Assembly: GCF_049856175.1 (NCBI RefSeq)
Contig: NZ_JBNDNA010000018.1
Span: 19,355-43,354, forward strand
Direction: 5' to 3'
From: Georgenia sp. Z1491
Lineage (GTDB): Bacteria; Actinomycetota; Actinomycetes; Actinomycetales; Actinomycetaceae
Length of the DNA stretch: 24,000 nt
The translations under genes were made by a program, and so were the position numbers. Below are positions 7,117-14,893 of the stretch, piece by piece. The notes beneath the pieces are model-generated. The model was not told the DNA's origin and did not search any database. It saw nothing but the letters and a program-made list of their open reading frames with translations. Each line of letters starts with the position of its first letter. Within the stretch, counting starts at the first letter, position 1.

Positions 7117-7475
7117 AGATCATCGTCGGAGGCGTGGCGAAGTCCGCCGTGGCCGATGCCCTGAAGCCGATCCTGCGCGAGACCGACTCGGTCGCGGTCG
7201 GCAGCGACATGGATGCGGCGATGAAGCTGCGCTCCGGTCAGGCCGACTACTTCCTCGGCACCTGCCACACGGGCGCCGGTGCCAGCCTCGGCGTGCTCGT
7301 CGGGCTGCTCGGCACGAACAAGTGCCACACGTTCGCCCGCCGCGTGCCCACGTCCGACGACGTCACGGCCGCCGTCGAGTCCGGCGTGCAGGCGCTGGGC
7401 TTCTCGGTAGACCAGGTCGAGGTTGCAGCGCCCACCATCTACCGCGCGCTCGTCGCGCACGACGAAGGACGTTGA
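7113..7475 (+). CDS. yhfU: YhfU-like DUF2620 protein
   Basis: 120 aa. MKIIVGG...DMDAAMKLRSGQADYFLGTCHTGAGASLG matches my recollection of the DUF2620/YhfU signature. AAGGAG RBS. Confidence 0.75.
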   Translation: MKIIVGGVAKSAVADALKPILRETDSVAVGSDMDAAMKLRSGQADYFLGTCHTGAGASLGVLVGLLGTNKCHTFARRVPTSDDVTAAVESGVQALGFSVDQVEVAAPTIYRALVAHDEGR

Positions 7476-7477
7476 CC

Positions 7478-8875
7478 ATGGGCACCGTGATGCTCTCCGC
7501 TCCGCAGGTGGGGATCAGCTTCGAGGTCTGGCAATCCGGCGTGGTGCTGGCCGTATCGGCGATCGCCGCCGTCCTGGCCCACTACGCGCTGGCCGTCTTC
7601 AACGACGGCGCCCGCCCGTTCATGCTCGACTTCATCCAGGGGCGCACGAGCAGGGCAGCGACCGCCACGATCATCTTCGGCCTGTCCGCCGGGTTCATCT
7701 TCGGCCTCGGCGCGCCGATGGCCCTGTCCACGGGCGTCCTCAACCCGTGGCTCATCTTCCTGCCCGCCGAGATCCTCGGCCTCATCGCTCCCTGGCCGTG
7801 GCTCGCCGCGGCGCTCGGCCTGAGCTGGGGCGCGATCTGCGCGTTCGGCCTGTCCACGGTCAACAACGCCGCGCAGCAGCTGCCGATCGACTTCATCACC
7901 GCCCTGCAGCAGATCGGCACGCCGATCCTGTGGCTGTTCGCCATGTTCCCCGTCATCGCCGTCGCCCAGCAGTTCGGCAAGATGCGCGGCGCGATCACGT
8001 TCGGCGTCGAGGCGGTGGCGATCGTCGCCACGATGAAGCTGTGGCCCACCATGTTCGCCGGTGCCATCGCCATGGCCCTCGGTGTGGCGATGCTGCTGGC
8101 CTTTGCGCTGACCAAGGACCGCACGCGACGGGCAGCCGAACAGAGGGAGCTGGCGTCCCAGGGCGCGGAGGCGATCGATGCGGCCCGGGCGTCGAAGGCA
8201 GCGGAGGCCGAGGCGGTCGACCAGCTCTTCGGCCCCAACGCCGAACGCCTGCGCCGCGGGCTGCCGTGGCTCGCGATCCTCGGCGCCGGCGTCGCCGCTC
8301 TGTCCGCGACCCACGTCTTCGCCGGCGGCGAGGCCACCTCCTTCCTCATCGCCGACGGCAACGTCACCGAGGCGGCCCAGGTCGACTTCTACCGGGCCTT
8401 CGGCTTCATCCCGCTCATCGCGACGACGGCGCTCGCGTCTGGTGCCTACGCGATGGCCGGGTTCACCTTCGTCTACCCGGTCGGCTACCTCACCGGCCAC
8501 TGGGTCGACAACCCGGTGCTCGCGATCGCCATCGCGGCGGTCCTGGGCGCGGCGATCTTCGCCGTCGAGGTCTTTGCCCTGTCGGCCCTCGGTCGCTGGC
8601 TGCAGCACTGGCCGTCCGTGCGTGACTCCGCCGACCACATCCGCAACGCGATCCACGAGTCGCTGCACCTCGCGATCCTCGTCGGCTCGCTCATGGCGGC
8701 GCTCGCGATGGGCGGCGGGCTGGGCGTGTTCATCGTCGGTGGCCTCTACCTGCTCAACGACGCCATGGGCCGGCCCGTCGTCCGGATGGCCGCCGGTCCT
8801 GCCGCGGTGATCATCGGTGGCGTGGTCCTCAACCTGCTGTACCTCGTCGACCTCTTCGCACCGGTCGCCGCGTGA
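7478..8875 (+). CDS. yhfT: YhfT-like polytopic membrane protein (putative permease)
   Basis: Many hydrophobic segments. ATG at 7478 lies 2 nt after the yhfU-like stop, preceded by GAAGGA. The track start at 7322 would overlap the yhfU-like gene by about 150 nt and translates as Arg-rich nonsense. Confidence 0.8.
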   Translation: MGTVMLSAPQVGISFEVWQSGVVLAVSAIAAVLAHYALAVFNDGARPFMLDFIQGRTSRAATATIIFGLSAGFIFGLGAPMALSTGVLNPWLIFLPAEILGLIAPWPWLAAALGLSWGAICAFGLSTVNNAAQQLPIDFITALQQIGTPILWLFAMFPVIAVAQQFGKMRGAITFGVEAVAIVATMKLWPTMFAGAIAMALGVAMLLAFALTKDRTRRAAEQRELASQGAEAIDAARASKAAEAEAVDQLFGPNAERLRRGLPWLAILGAGVAALSATHVFAGGEATSFLIADGNVTEAAQVDFYRAFGFIPLIATTALASGAYAMAGFTFVYPVGYLTGHWVDNPVLAIAIAAVLGAAIFAVEVFALSALGRWLQHWPSVRDSADHIRNAIHESLHLAILVGSLMAALAMGGGLGVFIVGGLYLLNDAMGRPVVRMAAGPAAVIIGGVVLNLLYLVDLFAPVAA

Positions 8876-9813
8876 GCATGCCCGGCACGACGACGATCCG
8901 CACCGTCTCGGGCCCGGTGGCCGCCTCGGCGGTCGCCGGCCCGGTCCTCGCCCACGAGCATCTCGCGCTCGACCTGCGCACGGGCGACGACGCCGAGGGT
9001 TTCCTCGCCCACGAGGACGCGGTCACCGCGGAGCTCGCACGGGCAGCCGACGCGCACGGACTGGCGCTCGTCGTCGACCAGACGGCGCGCGGGATGGGGC
9101 GGGACGTCGCCGTCCTCGCCCGGATCTCCGCCGGCTCGGGGGTCGACGTCGTCGCCGCCACCGGCTGGTACTACGCGAGGTTCCATCCGGACGGAGAGCC
9201 GGGTGACGACGTCGGGAGGGCGACGGACCTCCTGCTCGCCGACCTGCTCGAGGGCATCGACGGGACCGGCATCCGGGCGGGCGTGGTCGCCGAGATCGGT
9301 ACCCACGCCGAGGAGCCGACACCCGCGGAGTCGATCGGTCTGCGTGCCTCCGCGCGGGCCGCCTGCCGCGCCGACGTCTCGCTCGCCACGCACGCCCACC
9401 TGGGCACCGGCGCGCGCGCCCAGCTCGACCTGCTGCTGAGAGAGGGCCTCGACCCCGCCCGGATCGCGATCGGCCACCAAGACCTCAGCGCGGACGAGGA
9501 CCAGCAGGACGAGCTGCTCGCCGCCGGCTGCTACCTCTCCTTCGACACGGTCGGCAAGGAGTCCTACCGCCCCGACGACGCCCGCCGCGCCCGCATCCTC
9601 GCGCTCGTCGAGTCCGGGTACGGCGGCCGGCTGCTCCTCAGCAACGACATCTCCCGGCACGCCTACCTCGCGTCCGAAGGAGGCCAGGGCTACGGGCACG
9701 TCCTGGGACCGTTCGCCGACTCGCTGCGATCCTTGGGGCTGGAGATCGACGACATCGACAGGCTCTACCGGCGCAACGCGCTCCGCTGGCTGACGGGGGT
9801 GGGGACCAGATGA
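8872..9813 (+). CDS. php: Phosphotriesterase-homology protein (Php/YhfV; amidohydrolase superfamily)
   Basis: Metal-ligand motifs LAHEHLALDL, HAHLG, IGHQD and LLLSNDI. GTGA overlap with the yhfT-like stop. ATG at 8878 is an alternative start. Confidence 0.85.
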   Translation: MSMPGTTTIRTVSGPVAASAVAGPVLAHEHLALDLRTGDDAEGFLAHEDAVTAELARAADAHGLALVVDQTARGMGRDVAVLARISAGSGVDVVAATGWYYARFHPDGEPGDDVGRATDLLLADLLEGIDGTGIRAGVVAEIGTHAEEPTPAESIGLRASARAACRADVSLATHAHLGTGARAQLDLLLREGLDPARIAIGHQDLSADEDQQDELLAAGCYLSFDTVGKESYRPDDARRARILALVESGYGGRLLLSNDISRHAYLASEGGQGYGHVLGPFADSLRSLGLEIDDIDRLYRRNALRWLTGVGTR

Positions 9814-10940
9814 CCACGAGACCAGAGCTGCCGGCCACAACGCCGCTGCCCGTGATGGACGCGGACGGAGCGTTCGACCTCCAGCAGCGGCTCGTCGAGG
9901 CGATGTGCGAGGAGATGCCGGGCGCTGCGCCGTTCGAGGCCGACGCCGGCGTGCGCCCACCGCTGGGTCGACCCGGAACGACGGCCGGCGTCGAACGCGT
10001 CCTCGCCCGCGCGTTCGGCGGAAAGGCGGCGTGCCTCGTCCAGGGCGCAGGGACCGGCGCCATCCGCACGGCACTGTCCGCCGGGCCCTGGCGGTCGGGC
10101 GTCCGCCGTCTCCTCGTCCACGATGCCCCGGACTACACGACGACGGCGCAGACCTTCGCGGACGGGTGCGTCGAGACCGTGCGGGTCGACATGGGCGACG
10201 ACGACGCCCTGCGGGCGGCGCTCGCCGGCTCGGGCGACGACGCCTGGGTCTACGTCCAGCACACGCGCCAGAGGCTCGAGGACGCGTTCGACCCAATGGC
10301 GGTCGTGCGTCTCGCGGTGCAGCACGGCCGGCGCGTGATCGTCGACGACAACTACGCGGTCCTGCGCACGCCGAGCATCGGCGTCGAGCACGGGGCCGCT
10401 GCCTCGGCCTTCTCGCTGTTCAAGCTGCACGGGCCGGAGGGGGTGGGCGTGGTGGTCGGGGACGCTGACCTCGTCGACGCCGCCCACGCGGCCAACTACT
10501 CCGGCGGCGGCCAGGTCCAGGGCCATCAGGCGCTCGAGGCGCTGCGCGCGCTCGTCACCGTCCCGCTCGCCTGGGCTGCGCAGGCCCGGGAGGCCGCCCG
10601 GCTCGCCGAGCTCCTCGACGCCGGCCACGTGCCGGGCGTGGTCGGCGCGCGGCTCGCGAACGCCCAGGACCTGTGCGTGGTGGCACTGCTCGAGGAACCG
10701 GTCGCCGACGCGGTGCGCGCGGCGGCCGCGCAGCTCGGTGCCGCCCCGTACCCGGTGGGCTCGAACTCGCGCTACGAGATCGCCCCGATGATCTACCGGC
10801 TGTCCTCCTCCGCACTGGACTCCAGGCCCGACCTGCGGGAGTGGACGCTGCGCATCAACCCGATGCGGGCGAGCGCCGAGCTCACCGCCCGTCTCGTGCG
10901 TCGCGCGCTCGACCAGGTGGGGGGACGCCATGTTTCTTGA
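9810..10940 (+). CDS. yhfS: YhfS-like PLP-dependent enzyme (fold-type I, aminotransferase/C-S lyase-like)
   Basis: Candidate PLP-lysine context AFSLFKLHGPEGVGVVVG. 376 aa. ATGA overlap with the php stop. Confidence 0.7.
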   Translation: MTTRPELPATTPLPVMDADGAFDLQQRLVEAMCEEMPGAAPFEADAGVRPPLGRPGTTAGVERVLARAFGGKAACLVQGAGTGAIRTALSAGPWRSGVRRLLVHDAPDYTTTAQTFADGCVETVRVDMGDDDALRAALAGSGDDAWVYVQHTRQRLEDAFDPMAVVRLAVQHGRRVIVDDNYAVLRTPSIGVEHGAAASAFSLFKLHGPEGVGVVVGDADLVDAAHAANYSGGGQVQGHQALEALRALVTVPLAWAAQAREAARLAELLDAGHVPGVVGARLANAQDLCVVALLEEPVADAVRAAAAQLGAAPYPVGSNSRYEIAPMIYRLSSSALDSRPDLREWTLRINPMRASAELTARLVRRALDQVGGRHVS

Positions 10941-12105
10941 CGCGTTGCTCCGGCGAAACCCGCTCCTGGTCGACGCTGCCGCCCAGCTGCACGCCGACGG
11001 TCGGGTCGAGGCCGATACCTACGTCGTCGACGCCGATGCCGTCGAGGCCAACGCCGCCGCCCTCGCGAGCGTGGCCGCGGAGCACGGGGTCACGGCCTGG
11101 TTCGTGGTCAAGCAGCTCGGGCGCAACCCGGCGCTCGCCGCCCGGATCGCCCGTCACCTGCCCCGCGCCGCGGCCATCGACCTGCGGGAGGCTCGGGTCC
11201 TGCGTTCGGCCGGCGTCGAGCTGGGCAACGTCGGGCACCTCGTACAGATCCCGGTCCGTGCCCTCGACGAGGCGCTCGCCTGGCGCCCGTCGCACGTGAC
11301 CGTCTACGACCGCGCGAACCTCGCGGCCGTGGCTGCCGCCGCGGAACGCGCCGGGATCGTCCAGGACGTGCTCCTGCGGATCGCGGGGGATCCAGCTTCG
11401 ACCTACCCGGCGCAGGAGGGCGGCATCGACCTCGCGGACGTGGCCGTACTGCTCGAGGAGTCCGACCGGATGGCGGCGGTGCGGGCCGTCGGCGTCACCG
11501 GGTTCCCGTGCGTGCTGCTCGCCCCGGACACGGGGGAGCCGCGGCTGACGCCGACCGGTGAGCTCGTCGAGGCTGCGGCAGGCGTTCTTCGCGACCGGGG
11601 GATCGATCCGGTGGTGTCGATGCCGAGCCTGTCCAGCTGCTCGACGATCCCCGTCCTCGCTGCGCACGGCGCCACCCACGTCGAACCCGGGCACGCGCTG
11701 ACCGGCACGACACCGGAGCACGCCCGCCGCGACGACCTCCCCGAGGTCCCCGCCATGGTCTACATCTCCGAGCTCGCACGCACCGAGCCGGATGCGGCTG
11801 TACTGGGCGGCGGCTTCTACGCGCGCGGTCACGCCGAGCACGCGCTCATCGACCCGCGCGGCGCCGCCGTGCGGGGGCGCCTGATCGGCACCCCGCCGGA
11901 GAACATCGACTACTACCGACGCCTCGGCCTCGAGGCGGGCGACCGGGAGCGGGTGCGGCTCGGCGACACCGCCGTCATGGCGTTCCGGACCCAGATCTTC
12001 GCCACGCGTTCCCGGGTCGCCGTCGTGTCCGGCGCCGCCTCAGGCACTCCGGTGATCGACGGGATCTACGACAGCCTGGGTACGCGGATCGAGGCCGGAC
12101 AATGA
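10930..12105 (+). CDS. yhfX: YhfX-like alanine-racemase-fold PLP enzyme (predicted amino-acid racemase)
   Basis: N-terminal VVKQLGRNP, a PLP-lysine context of the alanine racemase N-terminal domain fold. 391 aa. 11-nt overlap with the upstream gene. Confidence 0.7.
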   Translation: MFLDALLRRNPLLVDAAAQLHADGRVEADTYVVDADAVEANAAALASVAAEHGVTAWFVVKQLGRNPALAARIARHLPRAAAIDLREARVLRSAGVELGNVGHLVQIPVRALDEALAWRPSHVTVYDRANLAAVAAAAERAGIVQDVLLRIAGDPASTYPAQEGGIDLADVAVLLEESDRMAAVRAVGVTGFPCVLLAPDTGEPRLTPTGELVEAAAGVLRDRGIDPVVSMPSLSSCSTIPVLAAHGATHVEPGHALTGTTPEHARRDDLPEVPAMVYISELARTEPDAAVLGGGFYARGHAEHALIDPRGAAVRGRLIGTPPENIDYYRRLGLEAGDRERVRLGDTAVMAFRTQIFATRSRVAVVSGAASGTPVIDGIYDSLGTRIEAGQ

Positions 12106-13355
12106 CGGTGACGATCCTCGTCGTCGACGGCCTGGGCATCGGAGCCATGCCGGACGCCGGCGAGCTGCGGCCAGGCGACGTCGAGGCCGACACGATCGGC
12201 CACGTGGCCGGCTGGTCGCTGCGCGAGCGCGGTCGACCGCTGGACGTCCCACATCTGGCGGCGCTCGGGCTGGCGGCGCTGCGCCCGGACCTGGGGGAGA
12301 CGGTCGAGGCTGGGACCGGGGACGGCCCGACCGGGCTGCCGGCCAGCCTGCGCGCGATGGCGTACCGGGTCGCCCTCGGCTACCCGGGTGCCGACACGTT
12401 CGCGGGCCACCAGACGATGATGGGCGCGGACATGTCGCACGTGGTGCTGTGCCCTCTCGCGGACCGGATCGACGCGGTCGCGGCCGCGCTGTGGTCGGCG
12501 GGCCACCGTGTCGAGCGCCTGGACGGGCAGGCGCTGCTCATCGTGGACGGAGCCGCGCTCGTCCACGACAATCTCGAGGCCGACCCGGGCCTCAACTGGA
12601 ACGTCTCGTGCCGGCTGGACGACCTGCCGTTCGAGGAGATCGTGGCGATCACCCGCGTGGTGCGCGGCGTCGCGCCGGTGGCGCGGGTCATCGCGGTCGG
12701 CGGGCGGTCGGACGGTCCGCTGGAGGAATTTGTGCGTGACGGCGACTTCGGCGTGGTCGGGATGGACACTCCTGCGTCGGGTTTCTACCGCAACGGCGGG
12801 CTCGAGGTGCTGCATCTCGGTGCGCCGATCGATCACTCCAGTCAGCTCCCGCAGGTGGCCGCGGCCCACGCGAAGCAGGTGACCCTCATCGGCAAGGCTG
12901 CGGACATCCTCGAGTGCGACCTTCCGGTGGAGAGGCGACCCGGTGTCGACACCGCCGACGTCCTGCGGTGGACGCTCGAGGCGCAGGGGCACGCCGATCT
13001 CGTGGTGGCCAACGTGCAGCAGACCGATCTGGCAGGGCACCAGCAGGACGTGGGGAGATATGCCGACCTGCTCGAGCAGGTGGACCGGGCGCTCGTCGAG
13101 CTGACTGCGGGGCTGAGCGGCGAGGACCTGCTCGTCGTCACCGGGGACCACGGCAACGACCCGACTATCGGGCACGGATATCACACGCGTGAGTACGTGC
13201 CGGCGCTCGTCGTGGAATCACGGTCCGGGACCGACCGCGGAACGGAACGGAGCGCGGCGTCGGCAGCCGCTGACCTTGGGTCGCTCCGTGAGGTCGGTGA
13301 GCTGTCCGCCCACCGGTTGGGAATCGACGAGCCGGGCTCGGTCCGCCGCGCATAG
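12102..13355 (+). CDS. yhfW: YhfW-like phosphopentomutase/metalloenzyme-superfamily protein
   Basis: ILVVDGLGIGAMPDAG at the N-terminus and VVTGDHGNDPTIGHGYHTREYVP near the C-terminus (DeoB-type metal-site motifs). ATGA overlap with the upstream gene. Confidence 0.8.
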   Translation: MTVTILVVDGLGIGAMPDAGELRPGDVEADTIGHVAGWSLRERGRPLDVPHLAALGLAALRPDLGETVEAGTGDGPTGLPASLRAMAYRVALGYPGADTFAGHQTMMGADMSHVVLCPLADRIDAVAAALWSAGHRVERLDGQALLIVDGAALVHDNLEADPGLNWNVSCRLDDLPFEEIVAITRVVRGVAPVARVIAVGGRSDGPLEEFVRDGDFGVVGMDTPASGFYRNGGLEVLHLGAPIDHSSQLPQVAAAHAKQVTLIGKAADILECDLPVERRPGVDTADVLRWTLEAQGHADLVVANVQQTDLAGHQQDVGRYADLLEQVDRALVELTAGLSGEDLLVVTGDHGNDPTIGHGYHTREYVPALVVESRSGTDRGTERSAASAAADLGSLREVGELSAHRLGIDEPGSVRRA

Positions 13356-13438
13356 ACCTCAGAGCCAGGTCAGGTTGGACTCATATTCCAGTCGAATCGC
13401 TGTCGTTCTTACGGCAGCGCACCGGAGGGAGTTCCGTC

Positions 13439-13837
13439 ATGGTGGCCGCACGCTCGGCGCACGGCAGCCGATCCGTTGCCTCCTCGAACGAGGGCAGGCA
13501 GCGTCCGGAGGACTGGACCGTCGCCCAGATCGTCGAGCATCTGAGCGACAACCTCGGTCCGAAGGTGGTCGCCTACATGGTGGGCAAGAGCCCCCAGACC
13601 GTGTCGCGCTGGGCCGAGGAGAAGCAGCGTCCCCCGCAGCCTGACGTCGAGCGCAAGCTCCGCGGCGCCCTCCAGATCTTTCAGCATCTCGTTGAGCGGG
13701 ACTCTCGGCACGTCGCGCGCGCGTGGTTCATCGGCATGAATCCGCAGCTCGAGGACCGCAGCCCCACCGAGGTCATCGCAGACGGAGACGTCCGTGCCGC
13801 GATGGCTGCAGCTCGCGCGTTCTCCACCGGGGGATGA
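13439..13837 (+). CDS. Xre/MbcA/ParS-type antitoxin (HTH plus DUF2384 toxin-binding domain)
   Basis: C-terminal ARAWFIGMNPQLEDRSPTEVIADGDVRAAMAAARAF fits the DUF2384 pattern. N-terminal HTH VAYMVGKSPQTVSRWAEEK. GGAGGGAG RBS. Confidence 0.75.
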   Translation: MVAARSAHGSRSVASSNEGRQRPEDWTVAQIVEHLSDNLGPKVVAYMVGKSPQTVSRWAEEKQRPPQPDVERKLRGALQIFQHLVERDSRHVARAWFIGMNPQLEDRSPTEVIADGDVRAAMAAARAFSTGG

Positions 13838-14082
13838 GCCCTCGCGAGCCCCGCACGGTTGACGCCCCGGACCAGGTGTGGCGCGCGGCCCGGTTGGGGA
13901 TGGGCGACGAGCTGCGGAGCCCGACCCACGGGTCCCGGGTCCCCCTGCTCGGGCCGAGCGTCGGAGCTTGCGGGTCCATCGTCGATCGCGCCGCACTCGC
14001 CGCAGCGGCACCTGAGTGGGTGCTGGCTGTCGGGGCGCGAGGCTGCTCGGCAGGGGTGTTGTTGTCCGGCGGCCGCTACTGA
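13834..14082 (+). pseudogene. Possible truncated or degenerate RES-domain toxin remnant (82 codons)
   Basis: ATGA-coupled to the antitoxin, which is the expected toxin position. VWRAARLG..DELRSPTHGSR resembles the RES N-terminal region up to the conserved Arg, but the ORF is less than half the usual length and ends inside repeat element B. Confidence 0.3.
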
Positions 14083-14190
14083 TTTCGGTGTGGTCGTTAG
14101 CTTCGTTGTCAATATCGGTGTGATCAACAGCGTCGTCCGACGACGAACACCCCTGTCCGCCGCGAGGAGCAGCCTCGCAGTCGGGTGGGA
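14054..14190. repeat. Copy B of the roughly 140-bp intergenic element (core 14073-14139)
   Basis: Aligns with 4545-4680 in the same orientation. The internal palindromic 10-mers of copy A are degraded here (tcgttgtcaat / atcaacagcg). Confidence 0.7.
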
Positions 14191-14224
14191 AACTCTGCCC
14201 CGCCTCCGATGACGGCAGCCGGTG

Positions 14225-14504
14225 TTACTGAACGTGCGTCCGCAGCGGGTTGACGACTGTGACGCCTCGGAGGACGGACCCCTCGGCGAGGTCCTCCGTC
14301 CAGAGCTCCGCGCAGCCCGCTTCGCTCGGCCGGGAGTGCGGGCGCGAGCTTTCGCGTGAGAACGACATACAGCTCGAGGAGGACCTGTGTGCTGACGACG
14401 AAGTCCCGGTCCTCACCGATCGCCGCTCGAGCGGCTGCCTGCTTGCCGGGCGAGGCCGAGTCGTAGAGGTAGGCGAGGATGTTGGTGTCGAGGAAGACCT
14501 CACA
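14225..14504 (-). pseudogene. vapC: VapC-type PIN toxin with an internal deletion/frameshift and no usable start codon
   Basis: One frame reads VFLDTNILAYLYDSASPGKQAAARAAIGEDRDFVVSTQVLLELYVVLTRKLAPALPAE. Around 14315-14335 the PIN C-terminus AGCAELWTEDLAEGSVLRGVTVVNPL continues in a different frame. The two parts total about 89 aa against a usual length of about 130. The central region with the conserved Asp is missing. Confidence 0.6.
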
Positions 14505-14730
14505 CGTCGTAGAGGTCGTCTCGACGCCATCCGCGCTCGCCGTCTCCGCTCGCCGAGTCGTGCTCGAGCGCCATTGCGAGGAGGGACTCGATGGCCGAGG
14601 TGTCGTCGGCGCGCGCGTACCGCTCGAGGACGTCCGACAGGTACTTGTTGACGGACTCGTTGCGCTGCAACGCGCGAATCCTCGCCCGACGCAGCACGTC
14701 GGGGTCGACGGAGAGAGTCAGCGTGACCAC
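14500..14730 (-). CDS. vapB: Ribbon-helix-helix (CopG/VapB-type) antitoxin
   Basis: VVTLTLSVDPDVLRRARIRALQRNESVNKYLSDVLERY is a typical RHH N-terminus. The stop abuts the PIN remnant. GTG at 14730 is preferred; TTG at 14778 is an alternative start. Confidence 0.7.
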   Translation of the reverse strand: MVTLTLSVDPDVLRRARIRALQRNESVNKYLSDVLERYARADDTSAIESLLAMALEHDSASGDGERGWRRDDLYDV

Positions 14731-14782
14731 GCCAACCAGTGTGGCACTGGTCCAGTGCTGAACGAGCGACTGCGTCAAGCAG

Positions 14783-14805
14783 AAGTCCGCTCACTCGCCG
14801 GAGAG
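14783..14805. repeat. Solitary copy of the 23-bp GC-rich unit (aagtccgctcactcgccggagag)
   Basis: About 19/23 identical to unit 2194-2216 (cagtccgttcactcgccgggagg), followed by a degenerate G-rich tail to about 14830. Confidence 0.5.
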
Positions 14806-14893
14806 GGGGTCGCCAGAGAGGGGGTGGGTGGGGACCTCTGACGGGGGAGCGCTGCCACTACGCAGGACTCCGCGCACCTCCTACTGTCAGGCC

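Noticed and set aside
8746-10296. Long antisense or off-frame ORFs in the supplied track (for example 8746-10296 minus, 3278-4684 minus, 4159-5268 minus, 12066-13184 minus, 15989-17743 plus upstream part, 16011-17045 minus, 7439-8668 minus, 9765-10931 minus).
   Set aside because: Their translations are Arg/Pro/Gly/Ala-rich low-complexity strings with no motifs. They overlap CDSs that have clear family signatures, RBSs and G/C-rich third positions. Long spurious ORFs are expected at this GC content because stop codons are rare.
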